Below are positions 1-12,179 of a DNA stretch of 46,742 bases, in pieces. Position numbers and translations under genes: made by a program. How positions within the stretch are numbered: the first letter of the stretch is position 1; every line of letters begins with the position of its first letter. A model generated the notes under the pieces. The model was not told the DNA's origin and ran no database searches. It saw nothing but the letters and a program-made list of their open reading frames with translations. The stretch covers positions 16,053,050 to 16,099,791 of the forward strand of contig NC_057752.1 of NCBI RefSeq assembly GCF_004010195.1, given 5' to 3'. This DNA comes from Chiloscyllium plagiosum. Its lineage: Eukaryota.

Positions 1-606
1 GGCCTATGCGGGTGCCCATGGCTACTCCTTTTGTTTGGAGAAAGTGGGAGGATTGGAAAGGAAAGTTGTTCAGGGTGAGGACCAGTTCGGTCAGTCGAAG
101 GAGGGTGTCGGTGGAAGGGTACTGGGTGGTACGGCGGGAAAGGCAGAAGCGGAGTGCTTTGAGTCCTTCGTGATGGGGGATGGAGGTGTACAGGGACTGG
201 ATGTCCATGGTGAAGATGAGGCGTTGGGGACCGGGGAAGCGGAAATCCTGGAGGAGGTGGAGGGCGTGGGTGGTGTCACGAACGTAGGTGGGGATTTCTT
301 GGACTAATGGGGACAGGACCGTGTCGAGGTATGCCGAGATGAGTTCGTTTGGGCAGGAGCAGGCTGAGACGATGGGTCGTCCGGGGCGGTCAGGTTTGTG
401 GATTTTGGGCAGGAGGTAGAAACGGGCGGTTCGGGGTTGTGGGACTATGAGGTTGGAGGCGGTGGATGGGAGGTCCCCTGAGGTGATGAGGTTATGGACG
501 GTCTGGGAGATGATGGTTTGGTGGTGGGGGGTGGGGTCATGGTCAAGGGGACGGTAGGAGGAGGTATCTGCGAGCTGGCGTTTGGCCTCAGCGGTGTAAA
601 GGTCAG
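1..606 (-). mobile_element. Penelope-like element (PLE) reverse transcriptase fragment, running off the window edge
   Basis: My translation of the minus strand gives an uninterrupted frame of about 200 codons: DLYTAEAKRQLAD...TARFYLLPKIHKPDRPGRPIVSAC...IFTMDIQSLYTSIPH...LTLNNFPF...QTKGVAMGT. These are characteristic PLE RT motifs. The frame is absent from the ORF track. Confidence 0.9.
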
Positions 607-893
607 GGTAAATACACAAGGTCTTTTCCCTGGTTGGGGAAGTCCAGGACTAGAGAGCATAGGTTTATGGTGAGAGGTAAAAGATTTAAAAAGGTTCTGA
701 CGATAACGTTTTCACTCAGAGGATGGTGTGTGTGTATGGAATGAACTGCCAGAGGAAGTGGATAATTGCATTTAAACACATCTGGATGGTATATAATTTG
801 GAAGGATGTTGAAGGATGTGGGCCAGATGATGGCAAATGGGACTAGGTCAGATTGGGATGTGACTGTTTCAGTGCTGTATGACTCTAACTCTG
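607..893 (+). mobile_element. CR1 LINE 3' end (5'-truncated)
   Basis: Degenerate ESRTRGH...FFTQR...WNELPEEV coding remnant and a gactcta-type tail; similar to the other CR1 3' ends in the window. Confidence 0.8.
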
Positions 894-1511
894 TAAGCAC
901 CTCCAATTCTCTTTGTGTCGCAGCTTTCTACAGTTTTTCTCTTTTTGAACAAAACTGTGCTTTTGTCCTCCCTTCCAAAATGAGCAATTTCACATTTTCC
1001 CATATTATATTCCATTTACCAACATCTTTGCCCACTTAACTTAGCAATATATGTCTGTCTAAACTATTTGTAGTCCTCTTGGTAACTTGCCTGTACTACC
1101 TATTTTTGTGTCACCTATGAATCTGGGGACAGAACACTCACTTCCTTCGTCCAGGTCAATAATATGTATTTTTAACAGTTGTGACTTCAACACTGATCCC
1201 TGTGGAACCCCATTGGTTATAGATCCTGAAAAAGTGCCTCGTATTCTCACTTGCTGTTTCCTGCCAAATAGGCAATTCTCTATCCATGCCAATATGCTAC
1301 CTTTGATACAAAAGACTCATGACTTAACCTTTTATGAGGTACCTTGTTGAATGCCTTCTGGAAGTCCAGTTAGTTCTCCTCTATCCAAACTGGTTGAGAC
1401 TTCTTTGAAATCCTCTGTTAAATTAGTCAGGCACAATTCCCCTTTCACAAAATCATGCTAACTACTTAATTAAATTATGAATTTCAAAATGTTCTGCTAT
1501 TCCTTAATAAT

Positions 1512-4107
1512 TAGGGATAGTCAACATGGCTTTATGCTTGGGAAATCATATCTCACGAAGCTTGATTGAGTTTTCTGAAGAAATAACAAAGAGGATTGTT
1601 GAGGGCAGAGCAGTGGAATGTGATCAACGTAGACTTCAGTAAGGTGTTCGACAAGTTCCCCATGAGAGACTGGTTAGTAAGGTTAGAGCTCATGGAATAC
1701 AGGGAGAATTAGTCATTTGGGTACAGAACTGGCTCAAAGGTAGAAGACAGAGGGGGGTGGTGGAGACTGGAGGCTTGTGACCCGTGGAGTGCCACAAGGA
1801 TTGGTGCTAGGTCCTCACTTTTCGTCATTTATATAAATGATTTGGATTTGATCTTAAGAGATATAGTTAGTAAGTTTGCAGATGACACCAAAATTGAAGG
1901 TGTAGTGGACAGCGAAGAAGGTTACCTAAGATCATAACAGGATCTTGATCAGACGAGCCAGTGGGTTGAAGAGTGGCAGATGGAGTTTATTTTAGATAGG
2001 CAATAGACAATAGGTGTAGGAGTAGGTCATTCGGCTCTTCGAGCTAGCACCACCATTCATAATGATCATGGCTGATCATCCACAATCAGCATCCTGTTCC
2101 TGCTTTATCCCCATAATCCTGGATTCCATTATCTCTAAGACCTCTATCCAACTCTTTCTTAAACGTATCCAGAGACTGGGGCCTCCACTGCCTCCTGGGG
2201 CAGAGCATTCCACACGCCCACCACTCTCTGGGTGAAGAAGTTTCACCTCAACTCTGTTCTAAATGGCTACCTCTTATTTTTAAACTGTGTCCTCTGGTTC
2301 TGGACTCACCCATCAGCGTAAACATGCTTCCTGCCTCCAATGTGTCCAATCCTTTAATAATTTTATACATCTCAATCAGATCCCTTCTCATCCATCTAAA
2401 CTCAAATGTATACAAGCCCAGTCTCCCCAATCTTTCAACATATGATAATCCTGCCATTCTGGGAATTGACTTCGTGAACCTACCCTGCACTCCCTCAATA
2501 GCCAGAATTTCTTTCCTCAAATTTGGAGACCAACACTGCACACAGTACTCCAGGAGCGATCTCACCAGGGCCCTGTACAGCTGCAGAAAGACCTGTTTGC
2601 TTCTATACTCAATTCCTCTTGTTATGAAGGCCAGCATGCCATTAGCTTTCTTCACTGCCTGCTGTACCTGCATGCTTGCTTTCATTGACTGATTTACAAG
2701 AACACCTAGATCTCGTTGTACTTCCCCTTTACCTAACTTGACTCCATTTAGATAGTAATCTGCCTTCCTGTTCTTGCCACCAAAGTGGATAACCACACAT
2801 TTATCCACATTAAACTGCATCTGCCATGCATCTGTCCACTCACCTAGCCTGTCCAAGACACCCTGTATTCTCATAACATCATCCTCACATTTCACCCTGC
2901 TACCCAGCTTTGTGTCATCAGCAAATTTGCTAATATTACTTTTAATACCTTCATCTATATCATTAATGTATATCGTAAACAGCTGCAGTCCCAGCATCGA
3001 ACCTTGTGGTACCCCACTGGTCACTGCCTGCCATTCTGAGAGGGACCTGATTAATACTACTCTTTGCTTCCTGTCAGTCAACCAATCCAAGTCAGTACCT
3101 TGCCCCCAATACCATGTGCCCTAATTTTGCTCACTAATCTCCTATGTGGGACCTTATCAAAGGCTTTGTGAAAGTCCAGATATGCTTACATCCACTGGTT
3201 CTCCCTTGTCTATCTTCATAGTTACATCCTCAAAAAATTCTAGAAGATTAGTTAAGCACGATTTCCCCTTCGTAAATCCATGCTGACTCTGACCTATCCT
3301 GTTACTGCTATCCAAGATAAAGGTGAGATGCTGCATTTTGGAAAAGCAAATCTTAGCAGAACTTTATACACTTAATGGTAAGGTCCTAGGGAGTATTGCT
3401 GAACAAAGAGACCTTGAAGTGCAGGTTCATAGCTCCTTGAAAGTAAAGTAGCAGGTAGATAGGATAGTGAAGAAGGCATTTGGTATGCTTTCCTTTATTG
3501 GTCAGAGTATTGAGTATAGGAGCTGGGAGGTCATGTTGCAACTGTACAGGACATTGGTTAGGCCACTTTTGGAATGTTGCATGCAATTCTGATCTCCTTC
3601 CTAAAGGAAGGATGTTGTGAAACTTGAAAGGGTTCAGAAAAGATTTACAAAGATGTTGCTAGGGTTGGAGGATTTGAGCTATAGGGAGAGGTTGAATAGG
3701 CTAGGGCTGTTTTCCCTGGAACGTCGGAGGATGAGGGGTGTCTTTATAGAGGTTTACAAAATCATGAGGGGCATGGATAGGATAAATAGACAAAATCTTT
3801 TCCCTGGGATGGGGGAGTCCAGAAATAGAGGGTAGGTTTAGGGTGAGAGGGGAAAGATATAAAAGAGAGCTAAAGGGCAACTTTTTCACGCAGAGAGTGT
3901 TACGTGTATGAATGAGCTCCCAGAGGAAGTGGTGGAGGCTGTTACAGTTACAATATTTAAAAGGCACCTGGATGGGTATATGAATAGGAAGGGTTTAGAG
4001 GGGTATGGGCTGAGTGCTGGCAAGTGGGATTAGATTAGGTTGGGATATCTGGTCGGCATGAATGAGTTGGACTGAAGGGTCTGTTTCCGTACTCTATGTC
4101 TTTATGA
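1512..4107 (+). mobile_element. CR1 LINE (RT to 3' end), split at 1997/3314 by an antisense CR1
   Basis: RDSQHGF..GKS, KFADDTK and QMEF..D|K.EMLHFGK continue across the insertion; ORF 3617-3835 (KLERVQKRFT); tail near 4090-4107. Confidence 0.88.
1998..3313 (-). mobile_element. CR1 LINE of a second family, 5'-truncated, with RT ORF 2248-3090
   Basis: 280-aa ORF containing SGVPQGS, SKFADDTKLG and LEYCVQ; the 3' tail caatagacaatag lies at about 2000-2012. Confidence 0.9.
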
Positions 4108-4779
4108 TTAATTGATCCCAATGTTTTTCCAGCAGTAGATGCCAGGCTAATTGCTCTATAGTTACGGGGTTGTTTGCCTCTTCCCCTTCTTGAATAGGGG
4201 TATCACATTGGCAGTTTCCCAGTTCTCTGGTACTTCTCCAGAGTCCAAGGATTTACAATGCATTACAACCAATACCTCCAATATATCCGTGGTTACCTCT
4301 TTTAGGATCCTGGAATGCAAACCATTGGCGGAAGGGGGCTTATCTGCCTCTAGCCCCATTAGTTCATTTAATACTGTTTCTCTAATGATGGTGGTTGAAA
4401 TTAAAACCTGTGTTCTTTGGTATTAATGAGCTGTTTAAAATCTTCTGCCATAAAGACAGATATTTTCCACTGTAATTTTCCACAACATTGTTCTAAAAGC
4501 AAACAAACTTGATATGGTAAACAGAATGCTAAGCAGCCTTCGAGAAGTTGAAGACGATCCCAGTAGCTGTGCTTCATTAATCCTAGATATGTGCTCTCTG
4601 GAGTGACTTTCTTTCAAGTTTGAGTTTTATCACTTTAATTTCTCCTTCCTGTTCACCTGCAGTTGAATTCTCTCCAACTCAATTGTCTCACCAGTTGGGT
4701 TTGTGCACTGTTCTTTCAGCTTCAAATATTGTGCTATTACCTCAATTATGGCAACCCTCTTAGCAACTAACAAAGGCAA

Positions 4780-5105
4780 AATAGATGAAGAGAGGATGTT
4801 TCCTTATGTGGCAATCTAAAATCAAAGATCGTATTTTTAGGATAAGAGGTAGCAGATTTAAAATAGAAATGAGGAATTACTTCCCTCAAAGGGTCTTGAA
4901 TCTGTGGCTTTCATTATAGTAGAGTACGGTGGTTACTAAGGCATTGAATAAATTTAAGGAGATGATAGAGTTTTAATTGGTACTGGGTTATGGAGAGTGG
5001 GTAGGACAATGGCGTTGAGGCTGAGATGGGATCAACTGTGATATTAAATGGCAGAGTAGGCTTGGGGCTGAATTTCCTACTCCAGCTCTGAGCTCTTAAT
5101 TTCTT
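4780..5105 (+). mobile_element. Degenerate CR1 3' end
   Basis: gaggatgtttcct...ataagaggtagcagatttaaaatagaaatgaggaattacttc...gaatctgtgg matches the CR1 C-terminus and 3' UTR pattern. Confidence 0.65.
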
Positions 5106-5904
5106 TTGATATAATAATGGTGTATTTTCTTCTAGTCTTTTCCAATTGTTGAAAGTTAGCTTTCCAATTTAATAATTTCCTTGCTGTGTATCCTACTGTG
5201 AGCCCCTATCTGCACCTTATGACTGAGGTTACAACAATGTACTGTCATTATTGTCTCACTACTCCATGAGTCACAACATCAAATAAAAAAATACTTTTCC
5301 AATGATTAAGATAACCAAATAAGAGTGTTATCTGCATCAAGTTTTAAACAATGTAACCTATCAACTGGGTTTATTAATAATCACAATTATTGATTTATTA
5401 TCAAAAGAAAGCTTATTTCAATAAAGTTTCAATCATTAGTTAGCATGCACAGTCAATAATATAGAAATATAAATGATTATCCTTCTAATACCTCCAAAAT
5501 ACATGCAGTAACTTTACAGGAAAAAAAAATGTATTTTCCATAGAGGTTATCTGTCTGAAAAACATTTTGGGAAAATGGATTATTCTTGAAGTCAAAGGGA
5601 TAAAATGTAGAATGTTCCAGAATCTTTTACTGTGATATTCTATCATCTGAGGTCAATTGTGCACAGTTGTCTCTGGAATCTTGCAGGCATAGCAAGCACC
5701 TGCATTGCAACTTTGAGGTGGTCTTTCAAAAGAACAGTTAGGTTTCACCCTTATTCAATAAGAGGGTTTTCTTTTCAGAAATAAAAGATATGAACTGGTT
5801 CGTAGGGATCTATCCAATTCCGCTTGTTCATGGCAGACTTTTGCCTAACTGAAATAGATGCAGCAAAGTACCTCTCCAAACCAGCATTGTTTAAAATCAA
5901 TCCT

Positions 5905-6180
5905 GATGTAGAAGTGCCGGTGTTGGAGGAGGTGGACAAAGTCAGAAGTCACACAACACCAGGTTATAGTCCAACAGATTTATTTGAAATTCCAAGCTTT
6001 CAGAGCTTAGCCCCTTCAGATGAAGTGAGAGAGAAGTGCACAGGCAGAGTGTTTATGGGCAAAGATCAAAAGATCATACAAATGGTGTGAGTGGAATATC
6101 GAAAAATAAGTCTCTGCAAATGTTCAAAAGTATCAGACGGTGTGAGTAAAGTGTCAACAGATGAATAACAAGCGAAGGCA
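5905..6180 (-). mobile_element. PLE terminal-repeat fragment with degenerate hammerhead
   Basis: acaccaggttatagtccaacagatttatttg; the minus strand reads CTGA-AGG..stem..GAAAGCTT. Related to 40690-40866. Confidence 0.55.
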
Positions 6181-6384
6181 GATGAGGCAGTTCCAGCAGG
6201 AGTTAACAGGTAGATAAGCAGGCATAGTTAGTCATTTGACTTACAGCATATCTTGTTTTAAAAATGTCTTCAACGTCCATATGATTTTTCAATGACCCCT
6301 TAAAGAAACCACTCCAAGTAAATCCATTCTTCACAATCCTTCAAGTTTAGTCCCCTAAGCAAGATAAGATATAAAGCAGTCATA

Positions 6385-6907
6385 ACGAGTTTTGAGAAGA
6401 CATGTAGCTCAGGTTGAGCTGCTGGATGTTGCTCGTTGAGATGGAAGGTTCACTTCCAGACATTTGGTCACCCTACTAGGTAACATCTTCAGTGGGCCTC
6501 TGAGCGAAGCACTGCTGATGATTCCTGCTTTCTATTTATGTGTTTGGGTTTCTTTGGGTTGGTAATGTCATTTCCTGTGGTGATGTCCTTTCCTGTTTTT
6601 CTCAGAGGGTGGTAGATGGGGTCTAACTCGATGTGTTTGTTGATAGAGTTCCGGTTGGAATGCCATGCTTCTCATGCGTGTCTCTGTTTGGCTTGCACGA
6701 GGATGGGTGTGTTGTCCCAATCGAAGTGGTGTCTTTCCTCATCTGTATGTAAGGATACTAGTGAGAGAGGGTCATGTTGTTTTGTGGCTAGTTGATGTTC
6801 ATATATTCTGCTGGCTAGTTTTCTGTCTGTTTGTTCATTGTAGTGTTTGTCACCGTTCTCGTCTGGAAATGAACCTTCCAGCTCAGCGAGCAAACCTACA
6901 TCCAGCT
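6385..6907 (-). mobile_element. PLE 3' fragment (GIY-YIG endonuclease plus terminal repeat) with an inverted tail copy at its 5' end
   Basis: ORF 6672-6917 reads KHYNEQT.RKLASRIYEHQ...HHFDWDN...AKQRHA, followed by EAWHS..SINKHIELDP. 6860-6905 is an inverted copy of 6420-6462. Degenerate hammerhead on the minus strand (CTGAAGA t GTTACC tagtag GGTGAC caaaTGTC). Confidence 0.85.
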
Positions 6908-7178
6908 GTCTCAACATTAAAATGATTACACTTCAAAAATATGTCACCAACTTTAAGATGTTCTGCCAATCAGAAATGGACGTGCATCACTCCGTTTCAT
7001 AAAAAGGGAAGAGTTGCAAAATAAGTTATTGAAGCAGAAGATTATTACTTCAGAGAAACTAAGAATTGAAAGATAGAGTGGTTGAAGTCAAATTTTGGGT
7101 TTTTTGATTTCTTTCTGGCTCAATAATGGTGTCACTCATTGTTCTATTACACTCTAATTATGTTTTGTTTAAATGCAG

Positions 7179-7259
7179 GGGATGGATATGAAGTCTGTGC
7201 AATCTGTCTGGATGAGTATGAGGAGGGTGACAAACTTCGAATATTACCCTGCTCACATG
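7179..7259 (+). CDS. Penultimate coding exon of an RNF13/RNF167-family PA-TM-RING E3 ubiquitin ligase (N-terminal half of RING-H2)
   Basis: aaatgcag|GG GAT...CAT G|gtaagc, 81 bp, phase 1-1. Encodes (G)[26 protein letters not shown](A). Which paralogue (RNF13 or RNF167) is not resolved. Confidence 0.95.
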
Positions 7260-7734
7260 GTAAGCCAATTCTGTACTTGTGTAATCTTTGTTCTGCTGGT
7301 GGCAAAAACTGTCTGGGTGCTGAGGAGCAAACTGTGGGTTGACAGCAATGAATCACTGAATACTTGATCTGTTAACTCAGCTGATATTAGCTACCAGAAC
7401 ATTTCTGCTTCCTGGATCTGTCGAACGTCAAACTGTGTCTTTGTACATAAAGCTTCCTTGTGTTCTCTATTCCAGTCTTTCTCATCCACTTGCTTTCCTG
7501 CTCACCATTATTTAGATGGTGAAGAGAAGTGTGTGGAAGTCATGGAGATGATGTCCCAAGTTGAAAAAATGTTTGTGTAGAGAGGGCAGAAGGACATGAG
7601 ACTGTTGGACTATTTAGTGTCTGAAAAGATCTGTAGCCCACTACTCCATTGATCACAACATGAATAAATTCTTCAAGAGGATTGGGTATATTTTGCTTGC
7701 TATGAGGTGCTAATTTCAAAGCAGAGCAGGTTGT

Positions 7735-9010
7735 TAGAGGTCATAGAGGTATTCAGCACAGAAACGGGCCCTTTGGCCTAACTCATCCGCGCCAACCAGG
7801 TTTCCTAATCTGAACTGGACCCATTTGCCTGCATTTGGCCCATATCCTTCTAATGCTTTTCTATCCATGTATCTGACCAAATGTCTTTTAAATGTTGTAA
7901 TTGTATCTGGCTCTGCCCACTTCCCCTGGCAGCACATTCCATATTATGTGTCAACTTCTGTGTGAAAAAGTTGTCTTTCAGGATCCTTTTTAAACCTTTC
8001 CGCTGTCACACTAAACTATACCCTCTGGTGTTGGATTCCCCTACCCATTTGAAAAGACTTTGGCTATTGACCTTTTCTATGCCCCTCGTGATTTTACAAA
8101 CTTCTATAAGGTCACCCCTCAGCCTCTGGCGCTCTGAGGGAAAGACGTCCCAGCCTCTCATAGAGTCATAGAGATGTACAGCACGGAAACAGACCCTTCG
8201 GTCCATCCCGTCCACACCGACCAGATACCCCAACCCAATCTGGTCTCACCTGCCAGCACCCGGCCCATATCCCTCCAAACCCTTCCTATTCATATAGCCA
8301 TCCAAATGCATCTTAAATGTTGCAATAGTACCTGCCTCCACCACTTCTTCTGGCAGCTCATTCCATGCATGTACCACCCTCTGCGTGAAAAAGTTGCTCC
8401 TTAGGTCTCTTTTATATCTTTCCCCTCTCACCCTAAACCTGTGCACATCCTTGTAAATCTTTTCTGAACCCTTTCAAGTTTCACAACATCTTTCCGATGG
8501 GAAGGAGATCAGAATTGCATGCAATATTCCAACAGTGGCCTAATCAATGTCCTGTACAGCCGCAACATGACCTCCCAACTCCTGTACTCAATATTCTGAC
8601 CAATAAAGGAAAGCATACCAAACACCTTCTTCACTATCCTATCTACCTGCGATCATTGGCCCATCTGATCCAGATCCTGTTATAATCTGAGGTAACCCTC
8701 TTCGCTGTGCACTACACCTCCAATTTTGGTGTCATCTGCAAACTTACTAACTGTACCTCTTATGCTCGCATCCAAATCATTTAGGTAAATGACAAAAAGT
8801 AGAGGGTCCAGCACCGATCCTTGCGGCACTCCACTGGTCACAGGCCTCCAGTCTGAAAAACAACCCTCCACCACCACCCTCTGTCTTCTACCTTTGAGCC
8901 AGTTCTGTATCCAAATGGCGAGTTCATTAGAACTCAAACCGTCCAGTCTTTGTAACATTCTTGTAAATCTTTTTTACACCCTTTCCAGTTTAATGACATC
9001 CTTCCTTTAG
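7735..9010 (-). mobile_element. Two nested CR1 3' fragments (host about 7735-8158 plus 8926-9010; insert about 8159-8925 with two internal deletions)
   Basis: Two agagtcat-type tails (7735, 8160); ORFs 8246-8446 and 8680-8958 (GVPQGS, FADDTK). Compared with the 28-29 kb copy, the sequence jumps at about 8445 and about 8652. Confidence 0.85.
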
Positions 9011-9129
9011 CAAGGAAGATAAACTTGTAATATATATTTCACCAATTAGTATCCTCTGAACGTTGCACTTCAAAGAAATGTGAATGACTAATGTCTTAGA
9101 GCTAAGGTGTCCTATCAGAAAGTGGGCAA

Positions 9130-10484
9130 AGATGAGTGTAGTGTCCACCACCAAAGAAAAGGTACTGGGGAAACTAAAAGGTCTGACAGGGATAGATAGT
9201 CTGGACCAAATGGATTGCTCCGCAGAGTTTTGAAGGACATAGCTGAGGAACTTGTAGAGGCACTGGTGGTGATCTTTCAGGAGTCACTGTAGTAGAGAAG
9301 GATCCCAGCAGCCTCTAAAATAGCTAATGTAACACCTCATTTAAGAAGATGGGGGGAAAAAGACAGGGAATTATAGGTTGACTAGCCTGCAGTTGGTCAT
9401 GGGTAAGATTTTAGACTCCATTAGTAAAGATGAGGTTGTAGAATACTTGGAAGCACATGGTGAAATAGGGCTGAGTCAGTACAGCTTTATCAAAGGGGAG
9501 TTCGTGCCTGACAAATCTGTTAGATTTGTTTAAAGAAGTCACGAGGACGTGAGACAAAGAGTAAGCGAATGTGATCAGTTTGGATTTACAGAAGGCCTTT
9601 TGACAAGATACCACACAGGAGTCAGCTAAGTGCCCACGGTGTCAGGGGCAAGATACTGGCATAGATAGAGCATTGATGCCTAGCAGAAGGCAGAGTGTAG
9701 TTATAGTGGGATATTTTTCTGGATGGCAGCTGGTGACTAGTGGAATTCCATTGGGGTCACTGTTGGGAGCACAACTATTCACACTATACATTAGCGACCT
9801 GGGGATGAGGGGCTTGTAATTTGAGCAGTAGTTGAGAATTCTGGGTCTGCACTCGATGGAGTTTAGAAGGCTGAGGGGGAAATCTGATTTAAACTTAGAA
9901 AATACTAGCCTCAGTGGAGGTGTGAGGAGTAAGACAGAACAAAGTAATAAGACATTATATAATTTAAATAACTTGGATGTAATTTAAGCTAGTATTTATT
10001 CAATATGTTTGTAGTTTAGTTCGAGTTAAGTAGATAGGTTTGTTTTGGTAGAATAGTGGATTGTTTAGTAACAATGGTACTATGTTATAGCCTTGTTCTT
10101 TGTACTGTTTTTTCTGTTCTGACGGTTTTTATTTCTTTATATTTCTTGTAAAAGATTTTAAAAAAGCTCTTCAATAAAAAATGTATATAAAAAAAGAAAG
10201 TACTGAGAGGCATGGATAGAGTGGACATGGACAAGATGTTTTCACGATTAGTACTGACTAGGACCTGGGGTACACCCTCAGTGAAGTGGTGACCCTTTAG
10301 AACTGAAATGAGTAGTTTCCTCAGTCAGAGGGCAGTTAATTTGCAGAATTCATTGCTACAAAAAGCTGTGGAGGTCACATCCTTAAGTGTATTTAAGACT
10401 GAGGTGGATAGTTTCTTGTTAGCAAGGGGAATCAAGAGTTGCAAGTCAAAGACAGGAGAATGGAGTTGAGAAACATCGGCCATG
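9130..10484 (+). mobile_element. Old degenerate CR1 ORF2 and 3' end, interrupted at 9907-10194
   Basis: Recognisable ANVTP.FKK, NYR, FIKGSSCLTNLLD, DLQKAF and W..VTSGIP.GS remnants. Confidence 0.75.
9907..10194 (+). mobile_element. AT-rich retroposed 3' end with AATAAA and an A-rich tail (L1/Tx1-like)
   Basis: Flanked by agaaaatact (9897-9906) and agaaagtact (10195-10204). AATAAA at 10173-10178 is followed by an A-rich tail. Confidence 0.6.
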
Positions 10485-11170
10485 ATTTATTTATTTATTG
10501 TCACGTGTACCGAAGTACAGGAAAAGCTTTGTTTACAAGCAGTACAAGCAGATTATAGTAAGCAAGTGTGTACAGATCAGAGAGACTTCAGGCATAAGGT
10601 TGCATTGGATTTGTGTGCACTAAACGGCAAGAACATTGTTAGCAAGGTCAGTATTATTTGAGGCAAGGGAGTCCGTTCATCAGTCTAATAATGGCTGGGA
10701 AGTAGCTGTTCCTGAACTTGCTGGTGTGTGTGTGTGTGTGTTTGTTCAGGGATCTGCACCTTCTGCCTGACGGAAGAGGTTGTACGAGAGTATTACTGGC
10801 GTGCAATGGGTCCTTGATGTTGGTAGCCTTTGCGCAGCAGCAAGTCATGTAAATGGAGTCCATGGATGGAAGGTTAGCTTCCATGATGGACCTGGGCTGT
10901 GTACACCACCTTGTGTAGTTTTTTACGCTCCTGGGTAATTACCATACCAGACAGTTATGCTTTCAGTGGTGCATATGTAGAAATTAGTGAGGGTCCATAT
11001 GAGCATGCCAAATTTCCTGAGGCACCTGAGGAAGAAAAGCTGTTGTGCCTTCTTGACCATCGCATCTACGTGGGAAGTCCAGTCAATTATTCTTCACCCT
11101 CTCAACCTCCGTTCCATTGATGTGGATGAGGGCATGTTCTCCTTCTTTCTTTCTGAAGTCCACGATCATC
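10485..11170 (-). mobile_element. Rex1/Babar-like LINE 3' fragment
   Basis: The minus strand encodes VKKAQQLFFLRCLRKFGM and DPLHAS..QPLPSGRRCRSL..SKFRNSYFPAIIRLMN; (aaat)n tail near 10485. Confidence 0.75.
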
Positions 11171-11179
11171 AAAAAAAAA

Positions 11180-11415
11180 AGAAAAGTGCTTGCATTTCAT
11201 TGGCTCCTTCCTTACTCCCAGGATGCCGCAAAACGCTTTATGTTGAATGCAGTACTTCTGAAGCAAAATTGATGTTGTAAAGTCGAAACATGGTGGCCGC
11301 CATACACAGCAATGTGATTATGACCAGGTCATTGTTGTGGGGTAAATATTACTCAGATGGTGGATGGAGCCTTGCTTTAGCATCTCACCCAAAAGACACT
11401 ACCTCCATCAGCAGT
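11180..11415 (-). mobile_element. Degenerate DeuSINE/SacSINE1-like SINE
   Basis: acagcaatgtgattatgaccag and gcatctcacccaaaagacactacctcc resemble the Deu-domain SINE; related to 35070-35410. Confidence 0.5.
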
Positions 11416-11419
11416 TCAG

Positions 11420-11825
11420 AGGACTACCTGGAATGAGCAAATTTCTCTCCAAGGAAAGATTAGACAGGGTAGACTTGTATTCCCTGGAGTTTAGAAGAGT
11501 CTAAAGTGGATGTTTCTACTTGTGGGACAATCTAGAAGTAGGAGTAACTGTTTAAAATAAAAATGGAGCACCCATTTAAGACAGATAAGAATGCTTCTTC
11601 CTGAAAGTTGAGAGTCTTTGGAATTTGATTCCACAAATGCAGAATCTTTTAATATTTTTAAGGCAGAGAGGTTAATTTTTTCATATAAATAGATTCTTGA
11701 TTGCCAAGGGCACGAAAGTATATTAGGGATGTGCAGTACTCTCAAGTTAAAATCAGATCAGCCATAATCTTACTGGATGGTGGAGCAGGCTCCAAGGGTC
11801 AAATAGCCTAGCCTTGTTCCTTGTA
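11420..11825 (+). mobile_element. Old CR1 3' end
   Basis: ttagacagggtagacttgtattccctggagtttagaag...aatcagatcagccataatcttact. Confidence 0.7.
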
Positions 11826-12179
11826 TGAATGCTCATGCAGAATCCCATCAGTACTGCACTAACTTGTCAACCACAGGCTGAATTTTGCCAGAAATCGGCT
11901 TTAAAAAGTGTTATTTTTGCTGAGCTTCATCAAGACTTGCTCTCTGCAAGGCTGAGCAGATTTATTTGTGCAATCATCCGAAACCCACGTTATTATCCAG
12001 ATTCCATGTCTGAATCAACCAACGCAAGTTCAATTCACCCAATGTCATAACTGGAAGTACTTACAACTAGTGGGATTCCTGGCATAAGCGCCATCTCGAA
12101 AAGTCTGTTGTGCATCAGGTCTGTCACTGTCAATCCAGAATTGCCCTGCACAGTTTGATTGATTTGGCCTTGACCTGGC

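Larger units (their letters stand above)
980..4430 (-). mobile_element. Old CR1 ORF2 fragment split in two (about 980-1511 and 4108-4430) by younger insertions
   Basis: ORFs 1059-1292 (GVPQGS) and 4162-4359 (SGEVPENWETANVIPLFKKG). The NYRAISLASTAGKTLGSI|IK..HDFVKG sequence is contiguous once 1512-4107 is removed; taatt is present at both junctions. Confidence 0.8.
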
